Assembly: GCA_039024555.1 (NCBI GenBank)
Contig: JBCCQQ010000053.1
Span: 1 to 43,831 of the forward strand
Origin: Cyanobacteria bacterium P01_D01_bin.156
Lineage (GTDB): Bacteria; Cyanobacteriota; Cyanobacteriia; Phormidesmidales; Phormidesmidaceae
DNA length: 43,831 nucleotides
Reading direction: 5' to 3'
In this document: positions 8,380 to 19,500 of the stretch, piece by piece
Layout: every line of letters begins with the position of its first letter
Position numbering within the stretch: position 1 is the first letter of the stretch
Made by a program: the position numbers and the translations under genes
Notes under the pieces: model-generated
Seen by the model: only the letters and a program-made list of their open reading frames with translations
Database searches by the model: none
Told to the model about the DNA's origin: nothing

Positions 8380-9594
8380 TTAGTCAGGCAAGTCGTATTG
8401 CTCAACAATCTTTTTGGCGTAGCTAGGTACATGCTGCTCCAGTTTTTCAGGATGATTGCGCTTTACATAGAGATAGTTACGGGTGAAATGAGAATCGATG
8501 GAAAAGCGAGCGTATTCCAGCCCTTTGGGGCCTACTTTCTCAATGACTACACCCATTAGCTTGGCTGCCCACATGGGGAGCGTGACGCCCTTGTCATAGG
8601 CAGGAATGCTATTTTGTACTGCCTGTTTGCGATCGCCCTTCGACATCACTGGCTGAGTTTCTAGCTGGTCCGTAACCAGGTCTAGCATTTCCTGCCCAGT
8701 ATCGTTGCGCACCACCACCCACTGCCAACCAAAGGGAGCCCCCATATAGCCTACGACTAAGTCAGCGAGAGAATTTACATAATCAAAACAACTCATGCAG
8801 GAGGGGGCAAACACATCCTTGAGCTGGTTTGTCTTTAAGCCAAAGAAGGGGACTTTTTCGATGGAACCATCTTCATGCTTAAAGTGCACCCGAAAGTCTT
8901 GCATAAATTCGTAGTGCACCACCGTCTCTGGTGAGCGACTAGTGGTGTCCAGAAATTTTTGCAGCCCCGCTCGGCTGACATTGTCCACACAGGGAGTGCC
9001 TAAAACGTATAGCTTTTCAAGACCTAGCTCATGCTGAACAGCCCGCAAAGCCTGAATCTGACAGCCCACTCCAATGGCCAACAGTCGTTTCATTCCAGAC
9101 TGCTCCACCTGATCCAAAATAGACAAATTTGGCGATAGGGTTGGTTTGTTTACCCGTGCTGCCAAAATATCTTCTGGAGTTTTGGCAATTACCGGCATGG
9201 GCTGAAACCGATCTTCCTTAGTGTTTTGTACACAGACCACCCCTTCCACTAGGCCACGGTTCAGCATTTCAATGGCGATGGAACTGACAATGCCAGTCCA
9301 CTGGGCTCCTTCGATGGGCTCCGTTTTGCGGGCAGCCATCATCTGCTGATGCACACCAAAGTAAACGTCATTTTCGTTATCTAAGTCTCGACTGCGACCG
9401 TGGTTTTGCTCCTCCAAGTCAGGTACCTGCTGATTGATAAAGGCACAGGCTTCCTTAACGTAGTGAATGTAGGAAGTATCACAGAGGCCGCAGTCGCTAC
9501 ACAGCTCTTTGGCCGGACGCGCGGCCCCTCGACGTAGACCCTTTGATTTCTGGTGGGCTTTAGAGGCAGATGGAGAAGAAGACGCCAGGGTCAT
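8380..9594 (-). CDS. bciB: Ferredoxin-dependent 8-vinyl (divinyl chlorophyllide) reductase, F420 hydrogenase beta-subunit family
   Basis: RPAKELCSDCGLC, GAQWTGIVS, GVGCQIQALR and SCMSCFDY motifs of Slr1923/BciB. Confidence 0.92.
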   Translation of the reverse strand: MTLASSSPSASKAHQKSKGLRRGAARPAKELCSDCGLCDTSYIHYVKEACAFINQQVPDLEEQNHGRSRDLDNENDVYFGVHQQMMAARKTEPIEGAQWTGIVSSIAIEMLNRGLVEGVVCVQNTKEDRFQPMPVIAKTPEDILAARVNKPTLSPNLSILDQVEQSGMKRLLAIGVGCQIQALRAVQHELGLEKLYVLGTPCVDNVSRAGLQKFLDTTSRSPETVVHYEFMQDFRVHFKHEDGSIEKVPFFGLKTNQLKDVFAPSCMSCFDYVNSLADLVVGYMGAPFGWQWVVVRNDTGQEMLDLVTDQLETQPVMSKGDRKQAVQNSIPAYDKGVTLPMWAAKLMGVVIEKVGPKGLEYARFSIDSHFTRNYLYVKRNHPEKLEQHVPSYAKKIVEQYDLPD

Positions 9595-9868
9595 AGGTTA
9601 TCGAGGATATTAAAAAAAGCTTGATGGGATGACTTATCGTTGCTGTTTAGGTCGCAACGGTACTGTTCTTATTATCCGTAAAGGTTGACTTTTTTTGCTA
9701 CCGAAGACTTTTTTATGAAGAAATAATACGACTGAGGTCGTTACTTTCCTAAAAGTCCGAAAAAACCCGGTTGTATCAACGAAAATGAAACGATCCAAAG
9801 AGGTGTTGGTAGGTAAAGTAGAGTAGCGTTCCCTTTTACGTCACCTTTCTACCGTTTTACCTGTCGAA

Positions 9869-12193
9869 ATGCTCTGCTGTTTAAATCCTGACTGCTTGGT
9901 ACCGGTCAATCCTGATGAGGTAACGGTTTGTCAATCCTGTGGCAGTCCTCTCACGGAATTACTGCGGAGTCGTTATCGTCCCCTCAAACCGTTAGGACAG
10001 GGTGGGTTTGGTAAAACCTACTTAGCTGAAGATGTGGATCGACTGAATACTCGCTGCGTCATTAAGCAGTTTGTTCGTCAGGCCAGTAATAAGACCTTCG
10101 ATAAGGCACTGACATTATTTAATCGAGAAGCTGTCCGACTGAATGAGCTAGGTGAGCATGCTCAAATTCCATCCCTGCTTGCCTACTTTGAGCATGACGG
10201 TAATTTTTACCTTGTACAGCAGGAAATAGAAGGGGATACCTTGCTGCAGGAGGTGAAAAAAGAAGGCCCGTTTGATGAGGAAAAAATCCGCAATTTATTG
10301 AAAAATATTTTGCCTGTTTTGCAGTTTATCCATGACCGTAATGTCATTCATCGGGACATTAATCCGACCAATATTATTTGCCGTCGCCAGGATAATAAGC
10401 CTGTTCTCATCGACTTTGGCATTGCTAAGCAGTTAGAGGATTCTCTACACGATAAGCAGGAACAGACGGGTACACGTATTGGTACTGAGGGATATTCTCC
10501 AATTGAGCAGCTACGCAGTGGTGAGGCGTACCCGTCGAGTGATTTATACAGTTTGGGAGCTACCTGTATCTGTTTAATGACGGGGCGTAAACCCGAAAAA
10601 CTTTATAGTCCTTTGGAAGGGCGCTGGCAGTGGCAGGAGCATGTGATTGCAGCGGGGCGTACGGTGACGGCTGAATTAGCAGCAATTTTAGACCGCATGC
10701 TCAAGGACTTTATCAATGAACGCTATCGTAGTGCGGCAGAAGTGTTGCAGGCCCTAGAGGCTTTACCCGCATACCATCGTTCAGTGCCAGGGTGGACCAG
10801 TCAAGGGCTAAATGATGGGGATAGCCTGATGTCGGAAGCCATTAGCACAGGGCAAACCGTTAGTCGTAATTTAAGTGAGCAGCTAATTTCTCAAGAACTC
10901 AATGCGGAGTTTAGCCAAGATCATCCCCCCACAGCTCCACCTGATAGAGCCCAATCATCGGGTGGCTCAAATCCGATCTCTCAGCCTAAATCGGGTCCGG
11001 TTTCCCAACCTAGATCAGGCCCGATTTCGAAACCTCCGCCCATTTCTCGACCCAGTCAGCCCCAGTCGGGTCCTGTTTCACGAAGGCGCTCGGGGCCTAC
11101 GTCAGCGGGTCGTTTGACTAGCCGTTCTTCGAATCCCATTAGTCAAGAAAAATCGGGCCGATTGGGGCGTACCTCTGGCCCTAGGAGTGCAGGCCGTAGC
11201 TCGGCTCGTCTGGGAGCTACTCCCAGTGGCTCATCTTTGGATGCTCTGGGAGATCGAATTTCTTCCGGTATTACCAAAAATCAGTCGTCATCTGGCGGCG
11301 ATACCTCTAACTGGGTTTGTATTTACACCCTTGAGGGGCATCGATCCTGGATTTCATCCGTGGCATTTAATCCCAAGTATGCGGTGTTAGCCAGTGGTGG
11401 CTGGGACGATACGGTGAATCTCTGGAATATTCAAACGGGAGAGTTAATTGCTTCTTTGCTGGGCCATGAGCGGGGGATCAATGATTTGGTCTTTAATCCT
11501 AGGGGGCAGGTGCTGGCCAGCTGCAGCGATGATGATACCGTCCGCCTCTGGAATATTGCTACAGGGGAGCCACTCCATGTCCTGAAAGGGCATCAACAGG
11601 ATGTGACATCCATTGCGATTGGTCGTCGAGGAGCCTTGTTGGTCAGTGGGAGTGAGGATCGTACCCTAGGTCTGTGGAATTTGGAGCAAGGTAAACTCTT
11701 AAAAGTGCTTTCGGGGAATGCGGGGATGATTCGCTGCGTAGACATTTCCCCTGATGAGGAATGGATCGTTAGCGGTGGCTTTGATAACAAGATTCGTCTG
11801 TGGCAGTTGGCGACCGGAGAAGTGTTTCGAGTACTCCCGGGGCACTTAAACTCGGTGAATGATGTGGCCATTAGTGTAGATGGCAAATTAATCGCGAGTG
11901 CGGGTAAAGACCGCTGTGTTAAATTGTGGAGCTTGCACACGGGGCATCTGATTCATACCCTTAAGGGCCATCGCGGTGAAGTGAATGCGGTGGCAATCTC
12001 GCCAGACCAGCGTACGGTGGTGAGTGTTGGCAGCGACAGTGCTGTTAAGGTTTGGAATGCCAAAACGGGAGAGCTGGTGGATACGTTTTTAGATCATGGC
12101 AATTCGGTAAGTGCGATCGCAATTCACCCCAATGGCAAATACATGGCCAGCGCTGGTGCCGATAAGACCATCAAAATTTGGCACAGAGAGTAA
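9869..12193 (+). CDS. Ser/Thr kinase with N-terminal 4-Cys prefix and C-terminal WD40 repeats
   Basis: CLNPDC...CQSCG prefix, LGQGGFGKTY, HRDINPTN, DFG, a Ser/Pro-rich linker and seven GH...W WD40 repeats. Confidence 0.93.
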   Translation: MLCCLNPDCLVPVNPDEVTVCQSCGSPLTELLRSRYRPLKPLGQGGFGKTYLAEDVDRLNTRCVIKQFVRQASNKTFDKALTLFNREAVRLNELGEHAQIPSLLAYFEHDGNFYLVQQEIEGDTLLQEVKKEGPFDEEKIRNLLKNILPVLQFIHDRNVIHRDINPTNIICRRQDNKPVLIDFGIAKQLEDSLHDKQEQTGTRIGTEGYSPIEQLRSGEAYPSSDLYSLGATCICLMTGRKPEKLYSPLEGRWQWQEHVIAAGRTVTAELAAILDRMLKDFINERYRSAAEVLQALEALPAYHRSVPGWTSQGLNDGDSLMSEAISTGQTVSRNLSEQLISQELNAEFSQDHPPTAPPDRAQSSGGSNPISQPKSGPVSQPRSGPISKPPPISRPSQPQSGPVSRRRSGPTSAGRLTSRSSNPISQEKSGRLGRTSGPRSAGRSSARLGATPSGSSLDALGDRISSGITKNQSSSGGDTSNWVCIYTLEGHRSWISSVAFNPKYAVLASGGWDDTVNLWNIQTGELIASLLGHERGINDLVFNPRGQVLASCSDDDTVRLWNIATGEPLHVLKGHQQDVTSIAIGRRGALLVSGSEDRTLGLWNLEQGKLLKVLSGNAGMIRCVDISPDEEWIVSGGFDNKIRLWQLATGEVFRVLPGHLNSVNDVAISVDGKLIASAGKDRCVKLWSLHTGHLIHTLKGHRGEVNAVAISPDQRTVVSVGSDSAVKVWNAKTGELVDTFLDHGNSVSAIAIHPNGKYMASAGADKTIKIWHRE

Positions 12194-12199
12194 GCACAT

Positions 12200-13021
12200 A
12201 TGCCAGAAGGTCCAGAAATTCGTAAAGCTGCCGATAAAATAGAGCGTGCCGTCAAAGCCAAGGTTGCCAGCGAAGTCTTTTTTGCATTTGAACATCTCAA
12301 ACCCTACGAAAGTGTATTGACGGGCCAAACCGTACGCCAGGTAGAAACCCGTGGTAAAGCACTCCTAATTCGCTTTGATAACAATCTCAGTATCTATAGC
12401 CATAACCAGCTTTATGGTGTGTGGATGGTCCGTAATGCCCATAACTATCCAGATACAAAACGGCAGCTGCGGTTGGCTATCCACAACGCTAAAAAATCCG
12501 CATTACTATACAGCGCGTCAGACATTGAAGTCCTCACTCCTGAGCAGATTCCCATCCATCCGTTTTTGAGTAAGCTGGGACCTGATGTGCTGAGTGCGAC
12601 GCTGCGTCCCCAACACATTCTTGAACTGTTGCTGGCAAAGAAAAATCAGCGTCGTCAGTTCACCACCCTGTATTTGGATCAGCACTTTTTAGCCGGAATC
12701 GGCAACTACCTGCGCAGCGAAATTCTTTATGTCGCGCGTATACATCCTCGTTTGCGACCCGTTGACTGTAGTGATGCCCAGCTAGAGGCTTTAGCTGAGG
12801 CAAGTATCGCGATTCCTTACCAGTCTTATCGCTACAACGGCATTACCAATGATCTGGATCTGGCTAATCAACTAAAAGCACAGGGCCAAAAGCGCTCCCA
12901 ATATCGTCACTGGGTGTTCAGTCGAGCGGGCCGACCCTGCCGTACATGTGAGACGCCCATTTTGAAAGACTTTGCCAGCAGTCGTCGTTTTTATTACTGT
13001 CCGGTGTGCCAGCCCCATTGA
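12200..13021 (+). CDS. nei: Endonuclease VIII (Fpg/Nei glycosylase)
   Basis: N-terminal PEGPE, YSHNQLYGVW, H2TH motif GIGNYLRSEIL and C-terminal zinc finger CRTC...CPVCQ. Confidence 0.92.
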   Translation: MPEGPEIRKAADKIERAVKAKVASEVFFAFEHLKPYESVLTGQTVRQVETRGKALLIRFDNNLSIYSHNQLYGVWMVRNAHNYPDTKRQLRLAIHNAKKSALLYSASDIEVLTPEQIPIHPFLSKLGPDVLSATLRPQHILELLLAKKNQRRQFTTLYLDQHFLAGIGNYLRSEILYVARIHPRLRPVDCSDAQLEALAEASIAIPYQSYRYNGITNDLDLANQLKAQGQKRSQYRHWVFSRAGRPCRTCETPILKDFASSRRFYYCPVCQPH

Positions 13022-13085
13022 CTTGAAGTATCCAAAAACTCTTCAGACTTTGGCCATAAAATAAAGATCGCGCTTAAATTTGGCC

Positions 13086-13769
13086 ATGGAGATCGCAAAT
13101 CACTATAGAACCCTAGAGCTTCACGAATCTGCTTCTCAGGCAGATATCAAACGGGCATACCATCGCTTGGCCAAACAGTACCACCCAGACAGTCGTCTGG
13201 ATGGGAGTGAAGATCATCAGCGTATTTCTGAGATTAATGCGGCTTACGAAGTCCTAGGGGATCCAGCTGCTCGTAAACGATATGACTTTCAGCGTAATGG
13301 TGGTAATCGAACTCAGCGGGCCAGTGATATTAGCGCCCATTATCAAAAACAGCGTAAAGCCAATAAAAAGGCTGATGATTCGCTGACTAATTGGATTCGG
13401 AGTGTTTATAACCCCATTGATCGTCTGATTAGTAAAATCATCAATCCCCTCAAATCAGAGATCCGCGCTCTGTCGGCTGATCCCTTTGATGATGAGCTGA
13501 TGGAAGTATTTCAAGAGTATTTAGAAGACTGTCGTGCATCTTTGGAAAAGGCCAAGCAAAAGTTTAAGTCCATGCCAAACCCATCTCAGGCGGCTAAGGT
13601 GGCAGCCAATGTGTATTACTGTCTCAATCAGCTAGAGGATGGCATTGAAGAGATTGAGCGGTTTACCTATACCTACGACGATAGCTATTTACATACAGGC
13701 CAGGAGCTGTTTCGCATTTCCAAACAACTCCGCCGCGAAGCTAAAGCTGATATGCAATCAATTTTGTAG
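13086..13769 (+). CDS. DnaJ-domain protein (type III J protein)
   Basis: J domain with HPD motif (YHPD) and a cyanobacterial C-terminal domain (LSADPFDDELM). ATG at 13086. Confidence 0.88.
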   Translation: MEIANHYRTLELHESASQADIKRAYHRLAKQYHPDSRLDGSEDHQRISEINAAYEVLGDPAARKRYDFQRNGGNRTQRASDISAHYQKQRKANKKADDSLTNWIRSVYNPIDRLISKIINPLKSEIRALSADPFDDELMEVFQEYLEDCRASLEKAKQKFKSMPNPSQAAKVAANVYYCLNQLEDGIEEIERFTYTYDDSYLHTGQELFRISKQLRREAKADMQSIL

Positions 13770-13886
13770 AGCTAGTCTGTCGAAGACTGGGGCTCCGTCT
13801 ACCTTCGAGAATCCCTTTGATAAAGAAAATACCCCCTTGGCACAAATTGTTACAATGGTCGTCTGCTTTTTATCTGCCGGTTTCCC

Positions 13887-15248
13887 ATGGCTTTGCCCGT
13901 TGTTGCAATTATTGGTCGTCCCAATGTGGGCAAGTCCACCCTTGTAAACCGTTTAGCCGGGGCACGGGAAGCAATTGTTTATGATCAGCCAGGGGTAACT
14001 CGCGATCGCACGTACCAGCCAGCTTTTTGGCAAGACCGAGAATTTATGGTGGTGGATACCGGTGGTCTTGTCTTCGACGACGACAGTGAGTTTTTACCCC
14101 ACATCCGCGAGCAGGCGATGCTGGCGTTGGCCGAGGCCAGGGCGGCAGTTTTTGTGGTGGATGGTCAAGAAGGTTTAAATGAAAGCGATCGCGAAATATC
14201 GTCTTGGCTTAGACAGCAATCCGTGCCTGTGCTGCTTGCCGTTAATAAGTGCGAATCTGAAGATCAGGGCCTGATCCAGGCTGCAGAATTTTGGGAATTG
14301 GGTCTGGGTGAACCTTACCCAGTATCAGGTATTCATGGAAACGGTACCGGAGAACTGTTAGACCAGCTGATTAGCCATTTACCCACCAGCGACGAAATCG
14401 AGGACGACGACGAAATTAAAGTTGCCATTGTTGGTCGTCCTAACGTGGGTAAGTCCAGTTTGCTGAATGCCTTTGTGGGGGAAAATCGTTCTATCGTTAG
14501 CGATATTTCTGGCACCACCCGCGACACCATCGACATGGTGGTTAAACGAAAGGAGACGGTCTACCGTCTGATTGATACCGCCGGTATTCGAAAAAAGAAA
14601 AACGTCAATTACGGTCCCGAGTTTTTTAGTATTAATCGTTCTTTCAAGGCAATTCGCCGTGCCGATGTAGTGTTGCTGGTCATTGACGCCCTGGATGGAA
14701 TGACTGAGCAAGATCAAAAACTAGCGGGTCGCATTGAAGATGAAGGACGTGCTTGCATCATTGTGGTCAATAAATGGGATGCCATTGAAAAGGATAGCCA
14801 CACCATTTATGAGTACGACAAAAAGCTGGGCGGTAAAATTTACTTTTTGGATTGGGCAACCCGCATCTATGTCAGTGCGCTGACGGGGCAACGGGTACCT
14901 AAAATTCTAGATGCTGTAGATGAGGCCGTGGTCCAACACCGTCGTCGTGTGAGTACCGCCGTAGTCAATGAAGTTTTAGAGGATGCTGTTAGCTGGCATT
15001 CTCCTCCCACGACTCGTCAGGGAAAGCAAGGTCGCATATACTATGGCACCCAGGTGGCGGTCCGGCCTCCGACATTCACGCTGTTTGTTAACTCTGGCAA
15101 ACTTTTCACCGATAACTATCGTCGCTACATCGAACGTCAGTTTCGTGAAAACCTGGGTTATGAAGGCACACCCATTCGTATCTTTTGGCGTGGTAAGAAG
15201 ATGCGCGATCTTGACCGAGAAAGTGCTAACCGTGCCACTAAGGTGTAA
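13887..15248 (+). CDS. der: Ribosome biogenesis GTPase Der
   Basis: Two tandem GTPase domains (GRPNVGKS twice, DTGG/DTAG, NKCE/NKWD) plus a KH-like C-terminus. Confidence 0.97.
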   Translation: MALPVVAIIGRPNVGKSTLVNRLAGAREAIVYDQPGVTRDRTYQPAFWQDREFMVVDTGGLVFDDDSEFLPHIREQAMLALAEARAAVFVVDGQEGLNESDREISSWLRQQSVPVLLAVNKCESEDQGLIQAAEFWELGLGEPYPVSGIHGNGTGELLDQLISHLPTSDEIEDDDEIKVAIVGRPNVGKSSLLNAFVGENRSIVSDISGTTRDTIDMVVKRKETVYRLIDTAGIRKKKNVNYGPEFFSINRSFKAIRRADVVLLVIDALDGMTEQDQKLAGRIEDEGRACIIVVNKWDAIEKDSHTIYEYDKKLGGKIYFLDWATRIYVSALTGQRVPKILDAVDEAVVQHRRRVSTAVVNEVLEDAVSWHSPPTTRQGKQGRIYYGTQVAVRPPTFTLFVNSGKLFTDNYRRYIERQFRENLGYEGTPIRIFWRGKKMRDLDRESANRATKV

Positions 15249-15260
15249 TTTCACGCTTCT

Positions 15261-16178
15261 ATGGATCTTCTCCGTTCCCTGCCAATTGGTCTCTACTTAG
15301 AACAGCCTAGAACTTGGTTGCATCGAATTGATGCTCGGGTCAAGTTGGCTTGGTTGTTGAGTTTTTTATTGACGCCAGTTTTAGCGAATATGACTTGGCG
15401 GGTTGCCTTAGTTGTCATCTTGTCGTTGCTTACACTAACGGCCCGTATCCCCTGGCGAGTGTGGCGACAACAGATGGGGGGGCTGTTACTGTTGTTTACC
15501 CTGGCATCGCTGCTGATCATGATTATGCCGGATGGTGTGGCTGTGATCACTCAGCCTCGTTGGCCCACACCGGAGGCGATCTCCAATCTTGATACGCCTT
15601 TTGAGACTGTTGGCAGTCTGCCATCGAGTGACTATCGTTACGTTATCCTGGATCTTCATTGGGTTCAGGTAACTCAAAAGTCATTCAAGCTAGCCATCAA
15701 AGTAGGAACGCTGTTATTTACTCTGATTTACAGTACAAACCTATTTCTGTTAACCACAGCCCCTGAAGAAATCACGGCGGCGTTAGAAGAACTGATGTCA
15801 CCGTTGCGCTGGTTTAAACTCCCCGTTACTGAAATTGCCCTCACCCTCACCCTGGCGTTACGGTTTATCCCTCTGGTTTTAGAAGAAGTGCAAAATCTAA
15901 TTCGTTCCGTGCGTACCCGTGCCATTAACTGGCGAAAACTGGGCTGGCGTCATGCTAGTCAAATTTGGTTGATGGTTGCTGAACGTCTCTTAGATAACTT
16001 ATTGCTACGGGCTCAGCAAATTGCCGGAGCGATGAAGGTGCGAGGTTTCACCACTCCAGAGCATCATCAGGTCCAATGGCATCAGCTACAGCTGCGTTGG
16101 TGGGATTGGTGCTTTATTCTCTGCCTAATTGCGTTTTGGTGGGGACGCTTTGTCTTAGGCAGCTATCCCACCACATAA
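15261..16178 (+). CDS. ECF transporter T component (CbiQ/Ycf92 family)
   Basis: MDLLRSLPIGLYLEQP start, LRFIPLVLEE and AMKVRGF motifs, multiple TM helices. Confidence 0.9.
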   Translation: MDLLRSLPIGLYLEQPRTWLHRIDARVKLAWLLSFLLTPVLANMTWRVALVVILSLLTLTARIPWRVWRQQMGGLLLLFTLASLLIMIMPDGVAVITQPRWPTPEAISNLDTPFETVGSLPSSDYRYVILDLHWVQVTQKSFKLAIKVGTLLFTLIYSTNLFLLTTAPEEITAALEELMSPLRWFKLPVTEIALTLTLALRFIPLVLEEVQNLIRSVRTRAINWRKLGWRHASQIWLMVAERLLDNLLLRAQQIAGAMKVRGFTTPEHHQVQWHQLQLRWWDWCFILCLIAFWWGRFVLGSYPTT

Positions 16179-16224
16179 CCTCTCTCCCATTGAAGTCTTT
16201 TGCCCATATTGTCCAGGTTTTGAT

Positions 16225-17667
16225 TTGGTTCTTTCCTCGTCTTTATCTCAATTACGCCTGTCTCCTAGGTACTGGCAACGACTAAACCTACAGCATTACA
16301 GTGGTGCCGATATTTTTGAAGCACTGTTTGCCGCTGATAAAATTGCCACCCTGTTAGAAAGTCCTGGTCATGTGGATGGAGCGTCGCAGGATTTGATTCG
16401 CTATTCCCTATGCGCTGGGGGACCACAAAACAGTGAAGGCCAATTACATTTATTTACTCCAGAAATAGGGGAGATTTTAACGACCCTGAATCAGTTGTTG
16501 AAGTATGGTCAGCAATCTTCTTTGGTCGCATCTGCTTCACCCGATGTGCCGCCTGAATATCTTCCTTTTCTCGGTGGCTGGCTTGGCTGGCTTGGTTTTG
16601 ACACTGCTTGGGAAATCGAAACGTTACCCTACCTCAATCCTGACTCTCTTCCGTTCCCTGTGGCTTATTGGTATGAGCCAGAAGAGTTTGCCATTCTTGA
16701 TCATCAACAGCAAGATCTATGGCTAGCGGCAACTACTCAGTCTGGATTAGTCGCTATGGCAAAACGAATTACCGCTTACCAATCCCATTCCCATAACGAT
16801 TACTCTCCCCGACAGGGGACTTCACGGATAACATTTTGTTCTGATCAGCACCAATTTGAAACGGCGATTCAGACGGCCAAAGACTATATTCGAGCAGGGG
16901 ATGTTTTTCAGGTGAACCTTTCCCTGCGGTTCCATACTGAAACTCACAGTTCTCCCTGGAAGCTATATCGTCAACTACACACCATTAACCCATCCCCATT
17001 TTCCAGCTATTGGTGCACACCTTGGGGGCAGGTTATTAGCTGCTCTCCTGAACGCTTAGTCCAATTGCAGCGGGATACTGCCCAAACTCGTCCCATTGCT
17101 GGGACACGCCCTCGGGGGAATACCCCTGTTCAGGACCGCTCTTTAGCCAAAACGCTTCAAAATAATCACAAGGAACGAGCCGAGCATATTATGCTCGTTG
17201 ATCTGGAGCGTAACGACTTGGGGCGAGTGTGTACTTGGGGCTCAATTGAGGTCAATGAACTTATGGTGATTGAGCGCTATAGCCATGTTATGCATCTTGT
17301 AAGTAATGTTATTGGTACCCTTCAGCCTAATCTCAATGCAGTGGATTTAATTCGCGCTACATTTCCTGGTGGGACCATTACTGGTTGTCCCAAGGTTCGC
17401 TGTATGGAAATTATTGAAGCATTAGAACCTGTGCGTCGGAGCTTATTTTATGGATCCTGTGGTTATTTAGATAGACGTGGTCAGTTGGATCTCAATATTT
17501 TGATCCGTACCTTACTCCTGGCTCCTATAAATACCCATACCCATCAGGTATGGGGGCAGGTAGGTGCAGGGATCGTTGCAGATAGCGATCCCCATCAAGA
17601 ATGGTTGGAATCCTTACAAAAAGCTAAGGCGCAGCTTCTGGCCCTAGGTGTAGGTCTTGAATCTTAG
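16225..17667 (+). CDS. Chorismate-binding enzyme, PabB/anthranilate synthase component I-like
   Basis: LLES, GDVFQVNLS, SPER, PIAGTRPRG, EHIMLVDLERNDLG and FPGGTITGCPK motifs. Start codon uncertain. Confidence 0.88.
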   Translation: MVLSSSLSQLRLSPRYWQRLNLQHYSGADIFEALFAADKIATLLESPGHVDGASQDLIRYSLCAGGPQNSEGQLHLFTPEIGEILTTLNQLLKYGQQSSLVASASPDVPPEYLPFLGGWLGWLGFDTAWEIETLPYLNPDSLPFPVAYWYEPEEFAILDHQQQDLWLAATTQSGLVAMAKRITAYQSHSHNDYSPRQGTSRITFCSDQHQFETAIQTAKDYIRAGDVFQVNLSLRFHTETHSSPWKLYRQLHTINPSPFSSYWCTPWGQVISCSPERLVQLQRDTAQTRPIAGTRPRGNTPVQDRSLAKTLQNNHKERAEHIMLVDLERNDLGRVCTWGSIEVNELMVIERYSHVMHLVSNVIGTLQPNLNAVDLIRATFPGGTITGCPKVRCMEIIEALEPVRRSLFYGSCGYLDRRGQLDLNILIRTLLLAPINTHTHQVWGQVGAGIVADSDPHQEWLESLQKAKAQLLALGVGLES

Positions 17668-18086
17668 GAATACTGGCGATTTAGTGAGTCGGATATATAT
17701 CGTTGCTGATTGATTGCCGATACGTTCGTCCTGAAGTTCAGCCAAGCTATATTCTTAAGATTTAGGATAAAACGTCATACACTCAACCAAGATTGTTTGA
17801 CTTTCACGGGTTGACTAGTATAGTGAGTCACATTTAGTAATTTAGGAGTTTTAACGGCATCCATAATCAGGTAGTGTTGCTGATCCCGGTTATGATTGCA
17901 TTTGCGAATCATGGTTTCCAACAGAGTACAAATTGATATATTCCATGCATCTAACGGGTATCTAATTGCTCCTCAAATCATCTATGCGGTCTGAATTTCA
18001 CCTAGAGAAGCCTTATACGTATCAGTATAAAATGTCCATTTGGCAGAGTACTTACTGTTCTTATCGTTATCGCACCCACCCCTTGA

Positions 18087-18359
18087 ATGAGCGCTGAAAC
18101 TTACCTTAACCACCCTGACTTTGGTCTCTTGTTTCGGATTTGCCTTGTGGATGGTGATAAAGAGCTATTCACCACTCTGTATGCCCAGAGATTATTTTTT
18201 CTGGCTACGGTAGATCGCGCGGCAGGCTTATTGTTTGATCCCATTGGTCGTACGGAGGCTCGTATGATGCTAGAAACTCGCCTGCGTATACTTCGCCAAG
18301 CCGGCCAGTACAGTGAATTTGAGCAGTTGAATAAGGTGTATAAACGCACGTTTCAATGA
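18087..18359 (+). CDS. pipX: PII/NtcA-interacting protein PipX
   Basis: ETYLNHPDFGLL and LFTTLYAQRLFF signature, upstream of a YggS-family gene. Confidence 0.95.
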   Translation: MSAETYLNHPDFGLLFRICLVDGDKELFTTLYAQRLFFLATVDRAAGLLFDPIGRTEARMMLETRLRILRQAGQYSEFEQLNKVYKRTFQ

Positions 18360-19072
18360 TCAATATGTCGTCAGAGTCTCAAGAAACGTCTCCGGATTTG
18401 TCTCTATGGCATAGTCAGTCTATAGCCCAGCGAGTTGCTCAGCTCATGCTCCCTGACCATGTAAAGCTAGTAGCTGTGAGCAAGACGTTTCCTGCATTAG
18501 CGATTCGGGCTGCCTATGCCGCTGGAATCCGAGATTTTGGAGAAAACAAGATCCAAGAAGCCGTTGCGAAACAGACAGAGTTGACTGATCTGACTGATAT
18601 TACTTGGCATTTTATTGGCCATTTGCAGACAAACAAGGTCCGTAAAGCGATTGAACATTTTGATTGGATTCACTCTGTTCATACGCTCAAACTCGCTCGG
18701 CGCATCGACCACATTGCCGCTGAGTTGAGCCGCTTCCCCATCTGTTGTCTGCAGGTAAAGCTGTTGGAAGATCCTAACAAGTATGGTTGGAGTGAGCCAG
18801 AAATCTGGCAAGCACTGCCGGATTTAAGTTCACTATCTCATATCAAGTTAGAGGGAATTATGGCTATTCCCCCCTATGGATTAGAGAAACAAGAAACTCA
18901 AAGGGTTTTTGAACAAGCCTATGGTTTGGGACAAGCCTTAAAAAGTCATCAGGAATATCCTTTGCCAATTCGTTACTTTTCCATGGGAATGTCCCAGGAC
19001 TTTCCGCTTGCGATCGCAGCAGGAGCCAATATCATTCGATTAGGAACTAGTTTGTTCGGCTCCCGTGGGTGA
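18356..19072 (+). CDS. pipY: PLP homeostasis protein (YggS/PipY)
   Basis: VAVSKT, FGENKIQE, WHFIGHLQTNK and SMGMSQD motifs. ATGA overlap with pipX. Confidence 0.93.
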   Translation: MINMSSESQETSPDLSLWHSQSIAQRVAQLMLPDHVKLVAVSKTFPALAIRAAYAAGIRDFGENKIQEAVAKQTELTDLTDITWHFIGHLQTNKVRKAIEHFDWIHSVHTLKLARRIDHIAAELSRFPICCLQVKLLEDPNKYGWSEPEIWQALPDLSSLSHIKLEGIMAIPPYGLEKQETQRVFEQAYGLGQALKSHQEYPLPIRYFSMGMSQDFPLAIAAGANIIRLGTSLFGSRG

Positions 19073-19500
19073 AGGTTTTAGCCCCTTGTGACTGTGCACT
19101 TGTCAAAAAAAGATCAAGAAATTAGACCTATTTTTGAAATTGGTGATTTTTTTTGATCAATTCGTGTATACTGTGGCTCAAAGTTATGCCCGAATGGTTG
19201 CCACCGGGTATTTCTCAGGGATGACTCAAGAGATTTCGATCTGTGAGTCTATTCAACAGTGACAAACGTTTTCTTTGTAACGACGTTTGTTCGTCCATTG
19301 CCGTTTGAGCGTAAGGGGCCTAAAGTTATCTTTGGTCTGAGTTGATGGCTAAGAGTTATCAGTAATTCCACCAGGATATTATTGATGCCCCAATCGTTAA
19401 CAGAGTCCACTTTAGTCTCAATCAAACTCTTAATTCTTTTAAGCCAAGCTTTGAGAGTTTCCTAGCCAAGTTAAGTAATAGCCATAACGGAGTTTCAGCC

